The notes below the pieces were generated by a model. The model was not told the origin of the DNA. It did no database searches and worked only from the letters and a program-made list of their open reading frames with translations. A program made the translations under genes and the position numbers. A stretch of 64,000 nucleotides of DNA from Chrysomallon squamiferum. Taxonomy: Eukaryota > Animalia > Mollusca. Below are positions 60,060-64,000 of this stretch, one piece after another (the stretch's first letter is position 1; each line of letters starts with the position of its first letter). The stretch covers positions 47,244,001-47,308,000 of the forward strand of contig CM022665.1 in NCBI GenBank assembly GCA_012295275.1, given 5' to 3'.

Positions 60060-61009
60060 GGCGGGAATTTCAAATTCTGTGACGTAATTTTTGCCTGGAC
60101 TCAAAAGGAGGGACCATAACTGTCCACCAGTTGCCGGAAACTGTGTACCTGTGTTTTAAGACTCTCAATGCTTTGGCCTTTCGCTCTACAAGTAAACATC
60201 TATGACGTCATTTCAGGCGAGGTTTATTTCAGTACGTTAGGAGAAAATGAAAACTGTTAACTGACTCTGTTGCCATGAGAATTAGAATGACATCAGATTT
60301 TCTAACTGAATTTGTGTGTATGTTTTCGCGCGCTCGCGTGTCTGTGTGTGTGTATGTGTGTGTGTGTGTGTGTCTGTGTCTGTATGTCTGTGTCTGTCTG
60401 AACAGCTCTGAGTGTCTGCATGTATCTATCCCTGTATGTGTATGTATGAATATACGTATTGTATATACATAGATATAGATATAGATATAGATATAGATAT
60501 GTTGTGTGTGTGTCTGTGTGTTGATCTGTGTATGTTTGTGTCTGTATATATGTATGTGTGAGTATATATATGTATGTATGTATGTATATACTACTACAAG
60601 TGTTACTACTACTACTACTAATAATAATAATAATAATAATACCACTCTTACTTCTGTTAATACTATTAATTGTTGTTACTAATTTTACTACTACAGCTAC
60701 AACTACTTCTATTAATACTGCAACTACTGCTACTGTGATTACTACAACTACTACTACTACATTTTTCCATCTGTAATTTGCGAATTCGCGAAGTGCGAAA
60801 CAGATTTTTTTATTCTTTTCGTTTTTATTTTTTTTTTTTTTTTTTTTTTTTTTTACATAACGAAACAGGTTGATATTCTAAAATATGAAAGTCACAATCA
60901 GAGTGACCTGTTTATTAAATAACATGATAACAAATTATTATTATTATTACTACTACTACTATTAGGACTCAACATTTCGACGCTTTCTCTGTTGTTTGTG
61001 CTGAGAATA

Positions 61010-61200
61010 TCAACCAGTAAGAACAGCAAGAGGTGTACGTCAACCAGTAAGAACAGCAAGAGGTGTACGTCAAACAGTAAGAACAATGAAACGCGACATT
61101 CAAAACTGATTTCTTCGATACGTTTCGTCAAATTCCGAGATATTCGTTTCGTCAGATTCCGTGATATCGGTTTCGTCAGATTCCGTGGTATCGGTTTCGT
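61010..61200. repeat. Two adjacent short tandem repeats (30 bp x2.5 and ~23 bp x3)
   Basis: TCAACCAGTAAGAACAGCAAGAGGTGTACG repeats, followed by GTTTCGTCAGATTCCGTGATATC repeats. Confidence 0.9.
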
Positions 61201-62096
61201 AAAGACAGTTAACCGTTTCTTGTCTTAAATGTCCGTTTCGGGTACTGTTCATGTCAATTCTTTAATATTAATTACGATTACACAGAAAACTGATGTAACG
61301 GTAGCATACGTCATATTATTTACGATTTCTTAATATTTTTGTTTGAATTTCAATAGTTTCAATATGGCGGCTTTTATCGACGTGTCTTGGAAACATAGGA
61401 TGAACGAGTCATAAATGGCAAGCAATGACGACAAATGGTTATGAAATTTTATATTTGAAAAATACACACATGTTGACGAAAAGACGAAAAAAATCACCAT
61501 CAGAATTTCTTTCTGCTTTCCTAATTTAATATTTCACGACTTGCATAATATATTAGTGTGTGTGTGTATGTGTGTGTTTGTGTGTGTGTTAATGAAAAAC
61601 ATATATAATTTCATAAATTCAAGCTTTAAAAAAACGAAAAATTTCAAAAATATTTGAATTATCAACGTCATTTTATTTATTATGAACGTCATTTTATTTT
61701 TTTTATTTTTTTAATTTTATTTTATTTTATTTTATTTTATTTTATTTTATTTTATTTTATTTTATTTTATTTTATTTTATTTTATTTTATTTATTGAAAA
61801 CATTTATTGTAAAAGAAGTAAATAGGTCTTATTACTTTCTGTTCGTCTATAAAAAGAAAATTTTTGTAATAAACAGTTTCTAAAATTAAGTAAGACATTT
61901 TTTTATTTTTTTAACGAAAACGAACTAACGGTGTCTAACATATCTGGTCATCTTTAATAATACATTAATATTAGTTTTATTAGCGGAGACCGTAAAATCA
62001 GTTAACAATGAAAAACTTAGCTTAACTACTAAAATCAGTTAACTAACCAATATTCACCTGAAACAATCTTAAAATCAATGAAGTCAGGTACTTTCC

Positions 62097-62280
62097 CTGA
62101 AACAGTGAAACCAGTTTAAATCTAATTACAAGTCGAATTTTTTCAGTCAGATATTTCAAATATTATTATCAACAACAACAACAACGACGACGACATTTAT
62201 TACTTTTCAGTCAGACATTTGAAATATTATTAACAACAACAACGAAAACGACGACAACGACAACGGCAACAAAAACTCAC
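62097..62280 (-). other. Predicted 3'-UTR intron of paralog B
   Basis: Perfect donor CAG|GTGAGT 9 nt after the TAA. Candidate acceptors are CACTGTTTCAG| at 62097 and GATTGTTTCAG| at 62058. Confidence 0.55.
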
Positions 62281-62289
62281 CTGTCCGTT

Positions 62290-63006
62290 TTAAAACCAGT
62301 TGACAAAGTCGATCAGACGGTCCTCCTCCTCGACAGCCACGGCGTCGTATGACGAATCCGTCGACTTGGGCGACGGCGAGCAGGACGCGGAGGGCGAGGC
62401 GGGCCCCCCGTGGGCGAGCGCCCCGAGGGCGAGCTTTATCTGCGCGTGCTCGGCGAACAGCGACCCGTCGGCTTTGCCCACCATCGTCTGCAGGTCCCGG
62501 ATGTACTCTATGGCTGCCCTCAGCGTCTCCACTTTGCTCATCTTCTTCGCTTTGCTGCCTTTGGAGCCGTGCGGCAGATGCTGTCGCAGCGTCGCGAACG
62601 TCGTGTTGATCAGTTTCACGCGGTTTCGCTCCCTCTCGTTGCGCCGCGCGACCGCGACAGTCGGCGGTCGCTGGAAGTCGAGGAACGACGTCGCCTGCTG
62701 CTGCTGCTGCAATTGCTGCTGCTGATGATGATGATGATGCTGTTGATGTTGAGGCGAGAAGTCGAGACGTCGCCTGCAGTGAACAACGACTCCGGCGGCG
62801 GGGTCCCGGCAGTTTTCCTTCGACGACGGAGACACGGCCGTCAACAACGTCGACGACGTTGTTGCTGCTGAAGACGACGAAGACGAGGCAGACGGAGGTG
62901 ACGGCGTGGAGAACATGCAGGACGGGCGCTCGCTTATCGGTGCAAATATGGCGGGGTCTTCGCAGAAGTTCTGAAGAGAGAGCATGTCAGCTGTGTCCAT
63001 GATCAT
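62290..63006 (-). CDS. ascl1: Achaete-scute homolog (ASCL1-like proneural bHLH transcription factor), paralog B, 236-238 aa
   Basis: Contains CRRRLDF, the b[31 protein letters not shown]...KKMSKVETLRAAIEYIRDLQ and the canonical C-terminus SYD...EEEDRLIDFVNWF*. The start is ATG 63006 or the better-context ATG at 63000 (ATC ATG G). The symbol means ASCL1-like; strict orthology is untested. Confidence 0.95.
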   Translation of the reverse strand: MIMDTADMLSLQNFCEDPAIFAPISERPSCMFSTPSPPSASSSSSSAATTSSTLLTAVSPSSKENCRDPAAGVVVHCRRRLDFSPQHQQHHHHHQQQQLQQQQQATSFLDFQRPPTVAVARRNERERNRVKLINTTFATLRQHLPHGSKGSKAKKMSKVETLRAAIEYIRDLQTMVGKADGSLFAEHAQIKLALGALAHGGPASPSASCSPSPKSTDSSYDAVAVEEEDRLIDFVNWF

Positions 63007-63165
63007 CTGTGGAGGTTTCGTCTGGTCTGTAGTTTTCTCGTTTTGTTCTCGTTATTTTATTTTTTCTTTCTTTATATCCTGATCTCTCTCGCTCTCGCTC
63101 TCTCTCAGTATGTCGAGTTAGCCAGTGTCTTTGGAGGCTTCTGCCGCAAAACGACCTATCGAAGC

Positions 63166-63295
63166 AAACTGTCGGGGTTGCCAATGACAACTTCTCTTTA
63201 TACGGATCCGTCATTAACGCAGCGCAGGCCACGCCCACCCGGTACTTTCGTCTGTTAGTTTTACCTGTCACTGGGCGCGAGACTGGTCACGTGGT
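63166..63295 (-). promoter_or_regulatory. Core/proximal promoter of paralog B
   Basis: TATAAA on the minus strand at 63197-63202, with Inr-like ACAGTT (A at 63170) 32 nt downstream. GCCACGCCCAC at 63228-63238, TGACAGGTAA (minus) at 63261-63270, CACGTG at 63288-63293. Confidence 0.65.
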
Positions 63296-63499
63296 CTCGC
63301 CTCTTTTTTTTTTTTGTGAAGCCGGCGTTTTGAATATATCGCTTCCACTCAGATTCGGAAAAAAACTGACGTCGGAATATTCTCTTTCAAATGGCTTTCC
63401 ACTGCAGACAAAAGATAATGAAAAGGTTATGAGTGTATGGGGACCCCCCCCCACTAAGGGGTACACCTCTTTTGTGCCGTACAATTTTGGCTATGAAAG

Positions 63500-63530
<31 letters not shown>

Positions 63531-63758
63531 CTGTGATGGGGTGAGGGGCGCGGCGAGGAGGGGGGGCGTTTGACGGAGACTTCTTCCCTGTAATAAAAAA
63601 AAAAATTAAAAAAAAATTAAAAACTTTATGCGTAACGGTTTTAGCATTCGGAGCCAAGCCAGTGATTTTTGAAAGCGTTTTTTCTAATTATTCAAAGCAA
63701 AGTTTGTCCTGGGCATATCATCACAAAGGAGGGGTAAAGGCAAAGGATCGGGTTTTTT

Positions 63759-63791
<33 letters not shown>

Positions 63792-64000
63792 TTCTTTTTG
63801 GGGCTGTTTGTTATCTTAGCGTCAGTCTCCTAAACGCGCGTTGTTGAAGAAGGGAACAAGGGCACGTAACTCTGACGTAAAGAAAAACGCATCATTCTTC
63901 CTTTATCTTTTTTTTTTTTTTTTTTTAAACAAAGAGTCTTCTTTCTTACAACGCCGGTCTCAAATAACACTTTTAATTTCCAGCTTTCTTAGTCTGAACA

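Noticed and set aside
62300-62871. Plus-strand ORFs overlapping paralog B
   Set aside because: Antisense shadows of the bHLH CDS.

Overview
Eukaryotic (animal) genomic DNA, AT-rich and very rich in microsatellites, with no obvious CpG depletion. It is probably lophotrochozoan/molluscan, inferred from the protein style and degenerate SINE-like fragments. Only two credible protein-coding genes are present, both achaete-scute family (ASCa/ASCL1-like) proneural bHLH genes. They lie head-to-tail on the minus strand at 3149-3922 and 62290-63006, about 58 kb apart, with no credible gene between them. Both have a TATA-like/Inr core promoter, a shared GCCACGCCCAC promoter motif and a splice donor at the end of the coding exon. 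The gene desert between them contains microsatellites, minisatellites, fold-back/MITE-like elements and many non-repetitive CpG-rich islands. These islands carry Hairy/E(spl), Su(H), E-box, Sox, CRE, YY1 and CTCF-like motifs, and there is a dense cluster of 25 CAGGT(A/G) sites. The window looks like a two-gene achaete-scute complex with its regulatory landscape. All other ORFs in the track are microsatellite or antisense artefacts. Motif counts were made by eye and regulatory assignments are inferences.
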